Assembly (NCBI GenBank): GCA_964187785.1
Contig: OZ076419.1
Coordinates: forward strand, 24,924,001 to 24,988,000
Source of the DNA: Amphiscolops sp. MND2022
Lineage: Eukaryota
DNA length: 64,000 nt
Reading direction: 5' to 3'
Each line of letters opens with the position of its first letter. Within the stretch, counting starts at the first letter, position 1. The notes under the pieces were generated by a model that was not told the DNA's origin, made no database searches, and was given only the letters and a program-made list of their open reading frames with translations. Positions 22,323 through 35,417 of the stretch are shown here, in pieces. The position numbers were made by a program, and so were the translations under genes.

Positions 22323-23170
22323 GGTGACCGGGAATAATACTTAAGGATTAAAACCTAAAAGTTCAAAAGGAAAAGACCTAAAACCCAAAAGTAGTGGGAT
22401 AAGACCTAAAAAACGGGAATAAAGCCTAAAATACGGAGTGAGACCTAAAAAGATGTTTTTGTAGAAGAAAAGACGTTTGAAGCCAAATTTAATTGCTAAA
22501 TTTTCAGGAACAAACCTCTAGCAGATGAAATTGAGGCAATCAACACAAAAAACCATTGAATAACAAGTTTTTTATCAATATGTTTTCCTCCATTTGGTTT
22601 TAAAAAATGGTCAGATCTCAAATCATTTTATTCAAAAATCAGAAATATTAAATTTCGTAAATTTCTCAAAACTTTCCGTAAGTTTCCCCTTCTAATGTGG
22701 GGGCATATCTGGTGTATGCACGCTCGCCCTCACCGTCGCAAACATCAGCTCGCACTACGATCGCTTCGCGATCTCCGTTCCCGCTAGGTCTTTGCTTCTG
22801 TTCGACCTCGATTAGCAAAATGGGAACATAAGCGTCCCCAAGGGGCCGCGGGGCACTAGAGGAAATGGGGAACTATCAGAGATACGTTTTATACTCTAAA
22901 AAACTTCAGATAATATTCCTTTAAATAATATTCCGTTCTCTTATTGGGTCTCATTCCAAATTTAGGTCCTATTCCCGTTTTTAGGTCTTATTCCCACTTT
23001 TTTAAGATCTTGTTCCAGTTTTTAGGTCTAATTCCGCTAATAGGTCCTGTTCCAAAGGGTAGGCATAAGACCTAAATTTTTAAGTCTTATTCCCAAAAAA
23101 TAAATTTTATTTTAGGTCTTATTCCCATTTTCGATTTAGGTCTTACTCCGTAGGTCCTATTCCGTTCCCC
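22323..23170. mobile_element. Mutator-like non-autonomous element with GGAATAAGACCTAAA subterminal arrays
   Basis: Perfect 10-bp TSD TAAATCACTT (22313-22322 and 23171-23180). G-starting imperfect TIRs. Inverted arrays of the motif at both ends. Confidence 0.82.
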
Positions 23171-26100
23171 TAAATCACTTGATCAGTAGCAAACATGTTT
23201 GAACATGTCTCTCTGTTTCGTGCGTGAAAGTATAGACTTTTAGTATATTGGTCTCATTTAAAGAACAGCAAGCGAAATTTTGTAATTCACAGAAACTAGG
23301 AAAAACTCTCTCAAATATGAAGACAGAAATTTCCATATTCCTAAACAATCTTTAACGTGATTCATTGCATTTTCAGTCATGTGAAATGACGAAAAAGTGA
23401 ATACTGAAAACAACTGTATTTAGATTGGATATTTGAACAACTCTGCAGGAAGTTGAAAATAGAATGTTTGTGAAGTTATCATTCAGAAACATCCCGTAGT
23501 CTTTACGCGCATTCAGTTTATTATAAAAGCACTTATCACAATTTTCATCAAACTGACCGTTAATGTAGAAAAAAGAGTATAAACACTACGTTGCAGAAAA
23601 AAAAATTTTGCGATTCGATGTATCATAATAGAGAAAATTTTCCAACATATGCTTACTTATGTTCTATAGAACAATGGCAAAACTAATTATAACATGCGAA
23701 TTAATGGTTTATGACTGTACTGCGAAAACAAATTGTGAAATGAATAAAAAAGCTGAGAGAAGAATACTAAAGGTAATTTTCTTCAAAAAGCGATGCGATT
23801 CTGTACAAAATTTCTAGGAAAGACACTATATCTTTACTGTTCATGAAACTTGAAATTTTTGTCGTTGAGCTTGTTCGAGAACTGTTCAGACAGCTTAGAG
23901 GTAAGTCGCCGTTCGATTTGGTATCCGGTAATTGCATTCCGGCCAATGTTTATACTCTGAGAAACAAGAAAAGTCTTTTAGCGATAGCTTACTGTCGAAC
24001 TATCCTCCAACGGCGTTCTTTAAAAAGCACAATCCTCTATACAATAGAATACAATATAGAATACCTCTATAGAATACAATTGGTTCTATACTCTCGACAG
24101 AATACCTAATACCTTGAAAACTTGAATTGAAAAACTTTATTAACTTGAATCGTTAGTTAAAAGTGCCACACAATCATGATAACACTTTACCTCAAAAAAC
24201 TCTGAAGCCTTTAATGTTTACTTTTAGTCGTTCTGATTTTCCATATGACTAATTACTTATCTAATGAGTCAAAGCAGGTTTGACTAGGGAAAAATTGGTT
24301 GTCATGGCGAAAACTTGAATGTAGAGCTGAAAAGCTCTTGTTTCCTCCTTTTGAAGTTTATTTAGTTTCTATATTCCAGTTGTATCTTTATATCGTCGAT
24401 AAATGAACTATTGTTTTGTAAGGTATGTGTATTTAGTTCAAGTTATCGAGTTTTTATTTCAAAGACTTCACATCAATTACTGCATTGGTTACGTTACATT
24501 CACATCAAGATTTTGACACATTTAAACTTTCAAACTGCTCAAAAAAACATTTAAAAACCAATTTGTTGATTTTTTGGAACGCTTCGGGAACCGATAACCA
24601 GTTAAATGCAATTGCAGCTAGCTTTTCAAACCCTGAATTAATTGAATTTTAAGATCCAATTTGCGGATGTGAATGATTGAGTATTTCGTTACTGAATTGA
24701 GAGCAATTTACTATTTTCTAGGCTTCATTCAGCTCCAAATTTCAACTCCAGTAATCGCCCATTAATTAAAAAAGCTTCCTTTAAAGCGATCCCAAATTGC
24801 CAGATGTCAAGGAAATTGTTCCAATTACCGGATATTTTAGATTCCATTGCTGTATTTTCTTTGAATTTTAATGAAGCGGAAATGAGCGATTTGCCAATTT
24901 TATTGTTTTAATTGACAAGATTGATATAAGTGCATTAATACAGAAAAAGTCAACTGTTTATTCTCTAAAGCGAAAGCTTCACTGTTCCAAAATGACTTGG
25001 AAAACCATTTTTTCCGGGGACAATTTTTTAGTATCAATATTCAAAAATTGATCTATCAGAAATTATGGGGCTATTTTGAAAGTCAATGGGCTATTTGGAA
25101 ACAATCAACTTAAAACTTCATCATCACTCCATCATTTTATGCCGACTTTACTTTTTTTCAATACCTTCTGTTTCAACTTTTGCTCTATTTAATTGATGTG
25201 TCATGGTAAAAACATCCGGAAAAGTGACTTCGATTTTTTAGTAGAACGAAAATCCAAGAAAACTGTTGCAAATGGAAATTTCCAAGGTAGTTTTGTCCGA
25301 AAAATCTTAGTTTTTTACACGTCAACTTGAAGCAACTAGTTTTAAAGTTACTAAAGCCAACCTCTTTTAACCTGTAGTTTGTTTCTGTTCAGGTCAATTT
25401 TATCTGAAGTGAAGGTAAACCTCTATTACTCGTGAGGTCATCGTATTGAGACGAACACCGACTCATCAACAACCGAGAGAGAAAGAAAACAATTGACGAT
25501 TATCAGTTGATTTTTGTTGTCAAAAAGGCAGCAAAACATCTGCTACTCCAAAAAACAACTATTCATCTACCTCCATTCAACTATCGAAGGTTAGATCTTA
25601 GATTTCTTTTTTCAAGTATATACACAATTTTGTGATAAACAAGATCCACGCCAGCTGAGTAGCGGGATATTTTCGGCCCCAAACTGTTCAAACTGCTAAA
25701 TAAATTTGAGGATCAAGAATAGTCAATGCACTATAAAAATGCAAAGAAGTTCGAAGAAAAGAAAACTTTGATTCATTTAGCCCATTTTAGAGGAAACCCC
25801 TAACTTATAATTCCTGCGATATCTGGCCATTTTTCATTTTTTTCGGCACTACGCGACTCACCGAGAAAAGAGAAAACTTTCAAAAACTTTCTTGAAAATA
25901 ACTTTTGAAAAACATTTTCCGCAATTTTTAATTTTTGAGGTTCTCTGTAAAGGAAATAGGGTTCCCGAGTCTTGAGGACGCCATCATAGAACTTTACATG
26001 AAAAAACCAAAAAATTGGATTATTTGTGATTCCTGTTGTGCAAAAAGTGGTTTCCTAGTCTCAAGCGTATTTCTTGATGTAATTTTTGGCACTGAGAAAA

Positions 26101-27349
26101 TGGTAAAAGCTCTTGAAACTAGGTCCTTTGCAAGTTTAGGAAAGTTGAGCGATCCCGGTTTGTTGGACTAATGAACTTGTCTGATATCTTTTTCTGCGGT
26201 AGCTACACGTCTCAATCCTTAGCGTTTGGTATTTCTGATTGAAGTAAATTATTCGGAAAGGGTCCAAAAATTGGACTATGTTGTCGAACATAAAGAAAGT
26301 TCGGAAACTTTAACACCTTCGTTGTAAACTCAATGAACTTCACCCCACTTTTTCCCCATTTGCGTTTTAAATACCTTATTGTTTCAACAGTTTTGAACAA
26401 AAATTGAGAATAGTTCGTCAAACAGCGTGTTTTTTTGTTGTTTCATGGATTTTTGGGTGTTTTTAAGCCAATTCCAACAAAAAATGCAATTATATTTTGA
26501 AAATTGCCTACTGGAGATACCCTCATTAGTCATTGTTGAGTTTGTAAACCATTTTAAGAAAGGAAGTAGCTCCAATATTGTACAGAAAGCTGCCTAAAAT
26601 TGTAAAAGGCCTTGAAAATTCACAGTATGTCCAATATTTGGGTCATTCTGAGATAACTTTCGACCATTAATTAAGCAATTGTTTTAAAAAACGTTCTTCG
26701 GACATAGTTCTATCATTTGGAGCTTTTCTAAGCTTTTCTTCTACCAAAACTTTCCAATCTCAAATAAAAATTCAATGAAAATGGCAAAAATAGACAAAAA
26801 TTTCGACTTTTTCGTTTTTTTGCTGTCAATTTTAAGCCATTTTCCAACAGAAGTCTGCAAATATTCCTTTGAAAGCCTACTGGATCATGAGGTCAGTCTT
26901 TATTGAACGTTTGCCAACATTCTGACTCCAAAACGATTTCAAAAGTTCACAAGTTGCAAAAAAAACGAATATTTTGAAAACTTTCGACTCCTTTGGAGTC
27001 ATTCTGAAGTATTTTTGAGGCAAAACTCTGTAACGTTCTTTTCAAAAATGTATTGCAACGCTTGTTTTCTCGTTGGTAAGTTAATTGTGTTGGAACTTAG
27101 AACGGAATCGTTCGGAAATTGTACAGAAAACTCATCAAAAACGACGAAAATTCAAATTTTTTGACAGTTCAGGGTCAATTTGAGGCATTGTTCTTTTACA
27201 AATTGAAATCATCTCGTGACGGAAGCTGGACAAAACAATAAATTTGTCCATGTTTTAGGCGTTTTAACAGTCTCGGCCACAAAGTCTATAGATATTTTGA
27301 CAAAAATTGAAGAAAAAAAAGAATCGGAAATTTTTCGAAATTTTGTCTT

Positions 27350-28600
27350 TTTCGATGTCAATTCCGGACAGTTTCCGGTTGAAAAACTGCATTTATCTTT
27401 CTTCCAAGCATACTGGATAACACATTTTTTCCTTATTGACCCTCTTCAACGTTGCAGTTCACATAGTCTGTCGAAATGCAATATTTTTTTTAAAATTGGA
27501 AAGACTTGAGACATTTTCATTCAGAACATTACAATTATCTCTTCAAAAAAGACTACTGGCCAACGAACGTTTTCCTTGTTGACCCTTTAAAGCATTCCAA
27601 TCCACGAAGTCTGTCGAAACCTCAACGAAAAATGCATAAAAACATTGAAAAGTGTAATATTTTGAGACTTTTGTCATTTGCCGATTCAATTTGAAACATT
27701 TTCAATGCGAAAACTGCAAGAAACTCTTCGGAAAAGCCTACTGGACAACACATTTCTTCTTTTCTTCTTTTCTGACCATTTCAAACGTTGCAATCTACAA
27801 AGTCTATCAAAAAGTTGTAAAAAAGGCATAGAATCTTTGATAATTGGGAAAGTTTGGGATTTTCGTCGTTTTCGGTGTCAATTTGAGACATTTTCATTCC
27901 GAAAATTGCAATTATCACTTCAATAGAGATACTGGACACCCAACTTTTTCCTTGTTGACCCTTTAAAACAATCAAAATCACGAAGTCTGTCGAAACTTTT
28001 TCAAAAAATGAACAAAATCTTTAGAAATTGAAAAAGATTGGGTTTTTTGTCATTTTCGGTGTTAGTTTGAAACTTTTTCACTCAGAAAACTGCAATAAAC
28101 TCTTCGGAAAAGCCTGCGGGACAACGAATTTGTGCCACGTTGCGTCTTTTCATCACTCTAATCCACGAAGTCTATCGACAATTCGTATAAATTTGGATAA
28201 AAACCACAAAATCTTGAAATTTTGCTATTTTGTCAATTCCGCGTTAATTTTGTTTCTTTTTAATTTGGAAAAAAGCATTTGTCTCTTCATAGAAGCCTAC
28301 TGGACAACAAATTTGTGACATGTTGAGCACTTTTAACATTCTAATCCACGACATCTATCGAAAAATTGACAAAAATTGCATTAGAGCGTAAAAAAAATTG
28401 GGTTTTTTTCATATTTGGGTGGTTTTTTCTCCAAAAACTACGTTTATCTCTTCATAAACGACTACTGGACAATGAATTCGTGCCTGGTTAAGCATTTTCA
28501 ACATTCAAATGCACGACATCTTTCAAAAAATTGACAAATATTGCATTAAAACGTAAAAACTTGGAAATATTTGCAGTTTTTACTCTTTTTGGTGTCATTT
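27350..28600. repeat. Diverged tandem array, unit about 185 bp, 7 copies
   Basis: Anchor TACTGGACA-like at 27411, 27554, 27739, 27930, 28115, 28298 and 28463 (spacings 143-191), each followed by CACGAAGTCTRTCGAAA-like sequence. An outlying copy lies at 26878. Confidence 0.82.
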
Positions 28601-28901
28601 TTGGGTCATTCTGGGGTTCTTGGGGTCAACTTAAAAAAGTACAGAAATCTTCACAAATACAAATCACACGAAGCTAAGTTTATATGAGTTGAATTCTATG
28701 GGTAGCACCCTTAAAGTTAATTATAAATTTGGTGCTTGGCAAATTTTGTAAAAAAAAAATATTTGATTTAAATATTTTCCTTCAAAATTTTCCTCCAAAA
28801 TAAAAATCATTTGAATGTAATGATTAAACAAATAGGGATCAAAATTTACATGTGTATCATAGTTGTGTATGAAGAGAAATTTAGGTCAATTTGAAAATGT
28901 G

Positions 28902-28976
28902 AAAAAACCGGCAATGGTCATCTTCGAACCCACTGCCTTCTGCCTTGAAACCTCGCGCCCTAATCACTGCGCTAAA
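28902..28976 (-). ncRNA. tRNA-derived (SINE-like) Pol III module
   Basis: Minus strand TAGCGCAGTGATTAG (A-box) ... GGGTTCGAAG (B-box) ... TTTTTT. No intact cloverleaf. Confidence 0.5.
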
Positions 28977-29951
28977 TTGTGGAAACCTTTGTAAAATATT
29001 TCGAACAAGTATATCGGATTTTTTTGAACAAAAAACAAAATCACTACAATAGCCGGCTTTTATTTTGCACAGAGTCGCATCGAAAACACAAAACTTAACA
29101 ATGTAAATTTAACGGTTAAAATCCAGGTGAAAGAAGAAATGCGTATATATGCTTTGCAATTGAAAAGTCCTTGCCTTCCACAAACTAAGATGTAATATAC
29201 GTTTTATTTCGCACTTGCCTAAACCCTGGAAAAGTTTCAAAGAGGTCTTGATTGTTCGCAGCGTGTAAAATTTCAATTTTTTTGCACCTTTACGCAATTG
29301 AACTCTTGCAAATGATTAAGAGTCGGCTGGCAATAATTTCATTCCTTCCAATCGCGTGAATGTTTTATGAAATGAACTTGCTATTGATTTTTTTCCGCGA
29401 CTCTTCGAGTGTAAGTTGAAATATCGATTCCTTTTTATTTTGAACGAGGGGTTGGCTTGGTTGTTTGCGCAGCAATTTCTTCAAAAAGAAGTGACATGAC
29501 GAACAACAGAGCTGAAGTTTTTACTAACTGTATCAAATGCCATTCAAATGATTGAACGATAGCATCACACAGTTTCGGTAGCTAGTGAAGTTCTGTCAAG
29601 GTTTTACTTCTGACTTTACATTAGACCATAACGAAACTGTTACTTAAAATTACACGAGGTACTGTATTCACTAGCAAAGATTTCTATAATTTTTTTCAGC
29701 TTTTTAAAAAAAAAATCAATTTTGTTTCCTCTGAAAAATGCCGCCGGGTTTTGCAATCCGTCATTTTTCATGACAAGCTAATTGAACATGAACTTGAAAA
29801 GTTCTGCGAATATGAGCCTTCCCCTTTACAACTGAAGAAACCTCAATTGACTACCAAAAGCATTGTCTTTTCCATAAGATGTTTATTCAATTCTGGGGTG
29901 AGATCACTTTTGACATCATGTTAAGGCTAGCTTCTGATGTAAGTATTAAAA

Positions 29952-30420
29952 ACAAGCAGAACGGCATAAGTCGGTGCCACATCTAAGGCTCAGAAATAGC
30001 AAAAAGACTTCAAAGTGTCAAGTATTCTTTTACAGTACCCGAAAAACACAAAAGTTGGACCGAATTGGCGCGCCGGAGCCCACTAAACGAAGGGACCCTT
30101 TTGGAATTTTCAAAATTTCTGTCACAAAACAACAAAAAAAATGAAGGGGTGGGCCTTTGAGGTCATCGAAAATTTTTCGAAAAAAGTCTCACAATGTCGA
30201 AAAAACTGAAAGTGGGACCCTTAAGTGTCTCCCGGCATTGTATTTTACGAGGAAAAAAGGAAAAAGTTTTTTGGTTCTGTTCCCTATGCCAAATGGTTCA
30301 ATTTGACATCATAAACTTTCATAGAACTTTATATAACTATTTTGGGCAGTTCGTGTGGATTGAAAAACAGAGTCACTATAATAGTCGCGTGCGTTTCACT
30401 TCCTGAAGCGCCGACTAATA
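29952..30420 (-). mobile_element. H1 copy
   Basis: ACAAGCAGAACGGCATAAGTCGGTGCCACATCTAAGGCTC ... GAAGCGCCGACTAA. Confidence 0.7.
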
Positions 30421-32770
30421 ATAATTTTAAAATGTCTACTGTTAATTGACAGTTCATGAGCTGCAATCGTTGCACTCCATTGTCCCCTCAATGACTTCAT
30501 GCTGAAGGTCCAACGGGAGGGCATTCATCTTGCATGGTCCTCCACTGGTCAGTGCTGCGAGATACGGATGGTCGTGTCTAGTTTGCATCCGTTTCCTGAT
30601 CTCGCCAGATCGTGGGGCGAATGTGTTGTTGTTGACTGGCTCATAGTGGGCCACCTTCTCCAGTCTTGGGGTTGGTGTCCGACCATTCCTCTGTAGCCTC
30701 CAAATTGAACTTTTTTACGGTGTTTCTCATAATCATCACGACAAATGGGGTTTTTAACCCAATAATAGGGTTAGTATTCAGCGAGCGTTTTGATCTGTGT
30801 GAGTAGTTTTCATTGTAAGACTCGGTATTGCAGTATTATCTATATCGGTGCTAGAGCTTAGGTTATTTGGTACTTTTATGTCGCATTATTCTAATCTACT
30901 TCCTTTCCTACACGGGTAAAAAATTTCTTTACCGTTGTCGTCTACCGTAAGTTAGAAGTCTTTACTTGTGTGTCTAGCGTTTTCTATCATTCGATCGACT
31001 CCCGAGTATGACGTAACCGCTGTGACAGTCTTGTCGTCCAAGCTGGCGAATTTTCCCGTCTGGGTTTTGCCGGTCCCGAATCATATTGGATGTTCCACGG
31101 TCGAAGCATCTTTTCCTTTTGGTAGTTGTGTCCGGGCTCCCCAGTGTTTTTGGAGTTAAAGGACCAAGTACTGTTTGTCGCGGGGCGGGGTTAGCATTTT
31201 CGAATCAATCTGTGTGACTCCTGAATGGCTGCTCTGGGAGATTTGAATTGCTTGGAGATTTCACAAATCTGCCATCCGCCCCGCGTAGACCGGTTCCTTT
31301 GTTATTTTGCTTTTGCAAAAATTCACAAAATTGGGTTACCTAATGTTTTTGCTGTGCAACTTTTTTAATCGGATGTAGTAATCGTTTGTATTGTCGCCGA
31401 AACAGCAGTTTGTGATTTATGAGAATGAGATTATGCGCTGTTGAATTTTGATTTTTTTCTCAAAAGTATAATCTTAATTACTAACTCCTTTTGTGACTTT
31501 CTTCTGCTTCATTGGTAGCTAGTTAGTTATGAGTAACCTTGCAAAGTATCAGGTTTTGCTGAAATACAAGCTTTCTTTAGATTTTCCAACAGATCTCGTT
31601 GCAGTAAATTTTTTTTCGGTGTTTGGTTTTCGACCGCAGAGTTGTTCGACTCCCAGATGAGAATAGCCACAAAAATATTACCCGTTTTGCGTTTTTCGAA
31701 TTAGCCACTCGTAATGAGCTTGAATACGTTATCACAGAATTCGAAAAATTCTCATAACATTCGAATATTGGATTTCATTTGAAGTGCATGAACAAGACAA
31801 GACCGATATCTTTTGTAAAATCGTATCTTTTCAAGTAATCAAATACGCTTAGTTTGCTTATCCCCTGAATCAGCTTTAATTCAGATAAATTCTTTTGAAA
31901 GTGTACTTCAAAGTCACTGTTAACTTCACACAACGTAATACTATTAAACGTTGCGATGTATTCAGAGGAGTTCATCTTAATTTATCAACTTCTCAGCAAA
32001 CCATGATCAAAGCAGCTATCAAATGTGAAAAATATTCCAAAGACTTTCCAAACAACTTTCCAAAGTTGAAAACATTTTGTCCTGGTTATTTCGTGGATTA
32101 TCTGCAAAACTTTTTGTAGTATTACTTTGGTTGGAAGAACATTGGTTATTATCGGGTTGTTCCTTGACGGCCACTTGATTCAAACCATCTGTGATGTTGC
32201 GTTTTGGATGTTTCATGTTAAATACTCAACTAAGTGGAGGTTCGTACACTACATTTTGACTGAAAAAAATTAACCTACGAAGTACCCATATAATGTTGTT
32301 GAAAAACATTACAACACTTCTACTCGGTGTTTGAACTGGTTTTACGGTCAATCAGTTTTTGAATTTACTACGTTGGATCCATCTTCTCGCAATCCTCTGT
32401 CGCCTAAAAGTGCCAGTTGCTAGCAAAATTATTGAGTTAGCAAGCTACTTAGATGGCAAACCATACTTCGATATCTTTAGATTGACCAAAATATTCTGCC
32501 TGAAACAATGGCAAAAGTTGGACAGGACTTGCTAGTTGACCAAGGGGCTAGAGTCCGACGTTTGGAACGAAGCGGTTGTGGGTTCGAAACCCACCTCAAT
32601 AATTTATTTATGTTTCCAATACTACTTAAAATTAAAGCACATTATCTTCACTGTTCGAAATTTTCTTGACATTAACATGAGTAACTAAAATGTAAAATAA
32701 AAGAGTTGCTTGCTATCGGTGAATATCCCATCTTTTCTCCAATGAACTTTTAAAAAAAGAGTCCCCCAGG

Positions 32771-32992
32771 TTGAACCTTATGTATTTCAACTTCTTCGCC
32801 GTTTCAAAAATTATGAAAGTTTCCATTTTCAAGCGCATCGTTTCTGCTTGGAACTCGCTACCCAGAAATCTAAGGAAACTTGAAGCAAAACATCAACAAT
32901 TGAAATCAAAATTGAAAGAAGTGTATCTCTTCAAAATAAGGATGGACCCAGCATTTGAGTACGACTTGAATTGGGTGGATTCTAAATTTTAG
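32771..32992 (+). mobile_element. 3' end fragment of a non-LTR retrotransposon ORF2 (CR1/L2-like)
   Basis: FKRIVSAWNSLPRNLR...QLKSKLKE matches the typical LINE C-terminal RxxxxWNxLPxxL motif. Confidence 0.6.
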
Positions 32993-33048
32993 TCTCCATA
33001 TAGGAAGTCTGCAATGCCTAGCAAAAAGTTAAAGTTATTGTATTTTTG

Positions 33049-33744
33049 GGTGTGCGTTCATTTCACCCCAAAATCATTTCACCCCATATCACTTCACCCC
33101 ATATCATTTCACCCCACATTCATTTCACCCCACGTTCATTTCACCCCACCTTCATTTCACCCCACAATCATTTCACCCCACGTTCATTTCCACTTCACAC
33201 CATATTGTAATTATACAAAAGCGTCTCGCCTTGATTAACCAATTCGCAATCAAACTTTGATGCCTACTGTCTTCGAGTCACCTTTGATTTGAATGTCAGT
33301 TTCTGACCTGTAGGATTTTTTTGCCGTAGAAACACCGAATAAGAAATTTTTCGCTGAAGATTCGCAACATCCATAATTGTAAATTTTGATTGACAGAAGG
33401 AAAAATTTTTTTCAGCGCCTTTTTCAGAAGTATTACAATTCCGATAAATGAAACTATTCGGTTTCGAATTGGTGGTTCACATAGAAAGCATCGTTTGCTT
33501 ATCTAATTGGTAATTAGATTCAAGACGCTTTTCTATTAGCGCTAAAATTGAAATTGGGTGGCTTTAGTAATTAATCTGAGACGCATTTGATAATTTAAAT
33601 GTGAAATGAACGTGGGGTGAAATGAACCTGGGGTGAAATGAACCTGGGGTGAAATGAACCTGGGGTGAAATGAATGTGGGGTGAAATGACATGGGGTGAA
33701 ATGATATGGGGTGAAATGAACGTGGGGTGAAATGATACTAAACC
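33049..33744. mobile_element. Foldback/Mutator-like 15-mer TIR element, copy 2
   Basis: Same ends and the same core (GATGCCTACTGTCTT...GCATCGTTTGCTTATCTAATTG) as copy 1. TSD GTATTTTT(G/T). Confidence 0.82.
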
Positions 33745-34408
33745 GTATTTTTGTACACTGCCACCGTGCATGATACTTTTTATCATAAAATTATGGAATT
33801 CAGTGTGCTTTTACTTTCTTACTTACTTACTTTACTTAACCTAGCGGTTAGGATGCGAGAATCGAAGGCAGGCGAATGTGGTTTGAATCCCATTCGTGGT
33901 CATTTGTCTTGGTTGAAATTGGAATATACTGGTAGAGGTAAACTGTTTTACTGATCGAGGTATTCTACGGAAAATACTGCGCAGTATCAAAATTTTGAAC
34001 GTTGTATACTTATTAACTCGTCACGAATCTAAATGGTGTCGATATACTGACTGTTATTTTCCGCCCTCACAAATTTATTTGTGTAAGTAAAGTGGGAAAA
34101 TCAATATATGTGTTGCGTGTTTTCAATATTATGCCAAAATTACACTCAGTGAGATAATCCATTCAATTTAGTAACGGTGGCCTAGTTGGTATGGCGTCCG
34201 CCTGTGTTTTGTTTTCAATTTGAACTGTGATGAAGCTGTTATATGATATACCGTATATAACAATTAAAATGTGCGATATCCGAAATATTGACGAATTGCT
34301 TGAGTCAAAATTAAGGAAGAAAGGCGGGTTGGCATAATGTTTGGAATAGTTTTTTTTGAAGTTTATCCGTTTAAAAACCTTTTTCTGATGTACTCTTTAG
34401 ATCGATAA

Positions 34409-34768
34409 ACAAGACGGGAACGTCTCAAGTCGGCGCTATACCTAAGGCTCAAAAAGCGCAAAGTATTTGAAATATGCTCAGGACGTTTTATGAAAAACTC
34501 AGAAAACGTTTCAAAACATCCAAAGGAAAACGTTTCAGAAGTGCAAAAAAGCGAGGTTAAAAACACGAAGATAGCCAAAGAGGGATCCTTAGTATGTTTT
34601 TGGGGTTCTGGGCATCGGTTTTGTTTTGGACGAGGTCTTGACGTTTCGAGTATGTTTTGGACATCCGTAGTACAAGTTGAACAAATGAACAAAAAAGTGG
34701 ATTTTACGTGTCAAAAAACTACGCACTGTAAGAGTCGGACACTTTTCTTGAAAAGCGCCGACTAAAAA
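34409..34768 (-). mobile_element. H1 copy
   Basis: ACAAGACGGGAACGTCTCAAGTCGGCGCTATACCTAAGGCTC ... AAAAGCGCCGACTAAAAA. Confidence 0.75.
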
Positions 34769-35417
34769 CATGGTCTATTTACGACTATTTGACATTATTT
34801 TGTAACTTAAAATGGTTCTGAATAGAGGGAAAGTGGAGAAGAAAAACCTATTTTAAGTCGAAGCTTTATCAAATTAAATCAACTAAAAGAGTGGCTTTTG
34901 TCGATTTTGTTTTCAACTTTTCCGTGCGGTCGAAGTGGCCAAAATAGTTCTACAGAGTTTTGCAACAATTTAAATTCTACTTGTTATTCGAACTTGAATG
35001 AGACCGAGGGGTCCCTCCTATAGATTTTTCAGCTATGTACAATTTTTGCCGTCAGGTTATGAATATAAAGCACTAGATTTTATCAACCCGACATCGAGCG
35101 ACTATCTATTTTGGGTTTGATTCAGCGTAACAGTTGTTTTTAAGACAACACGAGAACATATTTTAAAAACTTTTGTTTATACTTCTCAGATTTTTGTTTC
35201 AAATTCACAATTTTGTCAAGAATAAACTCTTTCAAAACCCAGCTTGACATGAGCTGTACAGTTCATCTTAAATGAGAGATTTCCGTTTTATCTAGTCTTT
35301 TTTGAGCAGCTGGTAATAAAATAGGTTGTTGTATAGACCATGTCAAATCAATACTAGCAAACTGAATAATTGAACTTGATTGACCGCCTACGCCTATTCG
35401 GTTCACTGGTATCAGTA

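Noticed and set aside
23990-24115. TATAGAATAC-like degenerate repeat
   Set aside because: Ordinary low-complexity microsatellite with no further structure.
28902-28976. Functional tRNA genes at this and other GGTTCGA sites
   Set aside because: No complete acceptor, anticodon and T stems could be folded; treated as tRNA-derived fragments.
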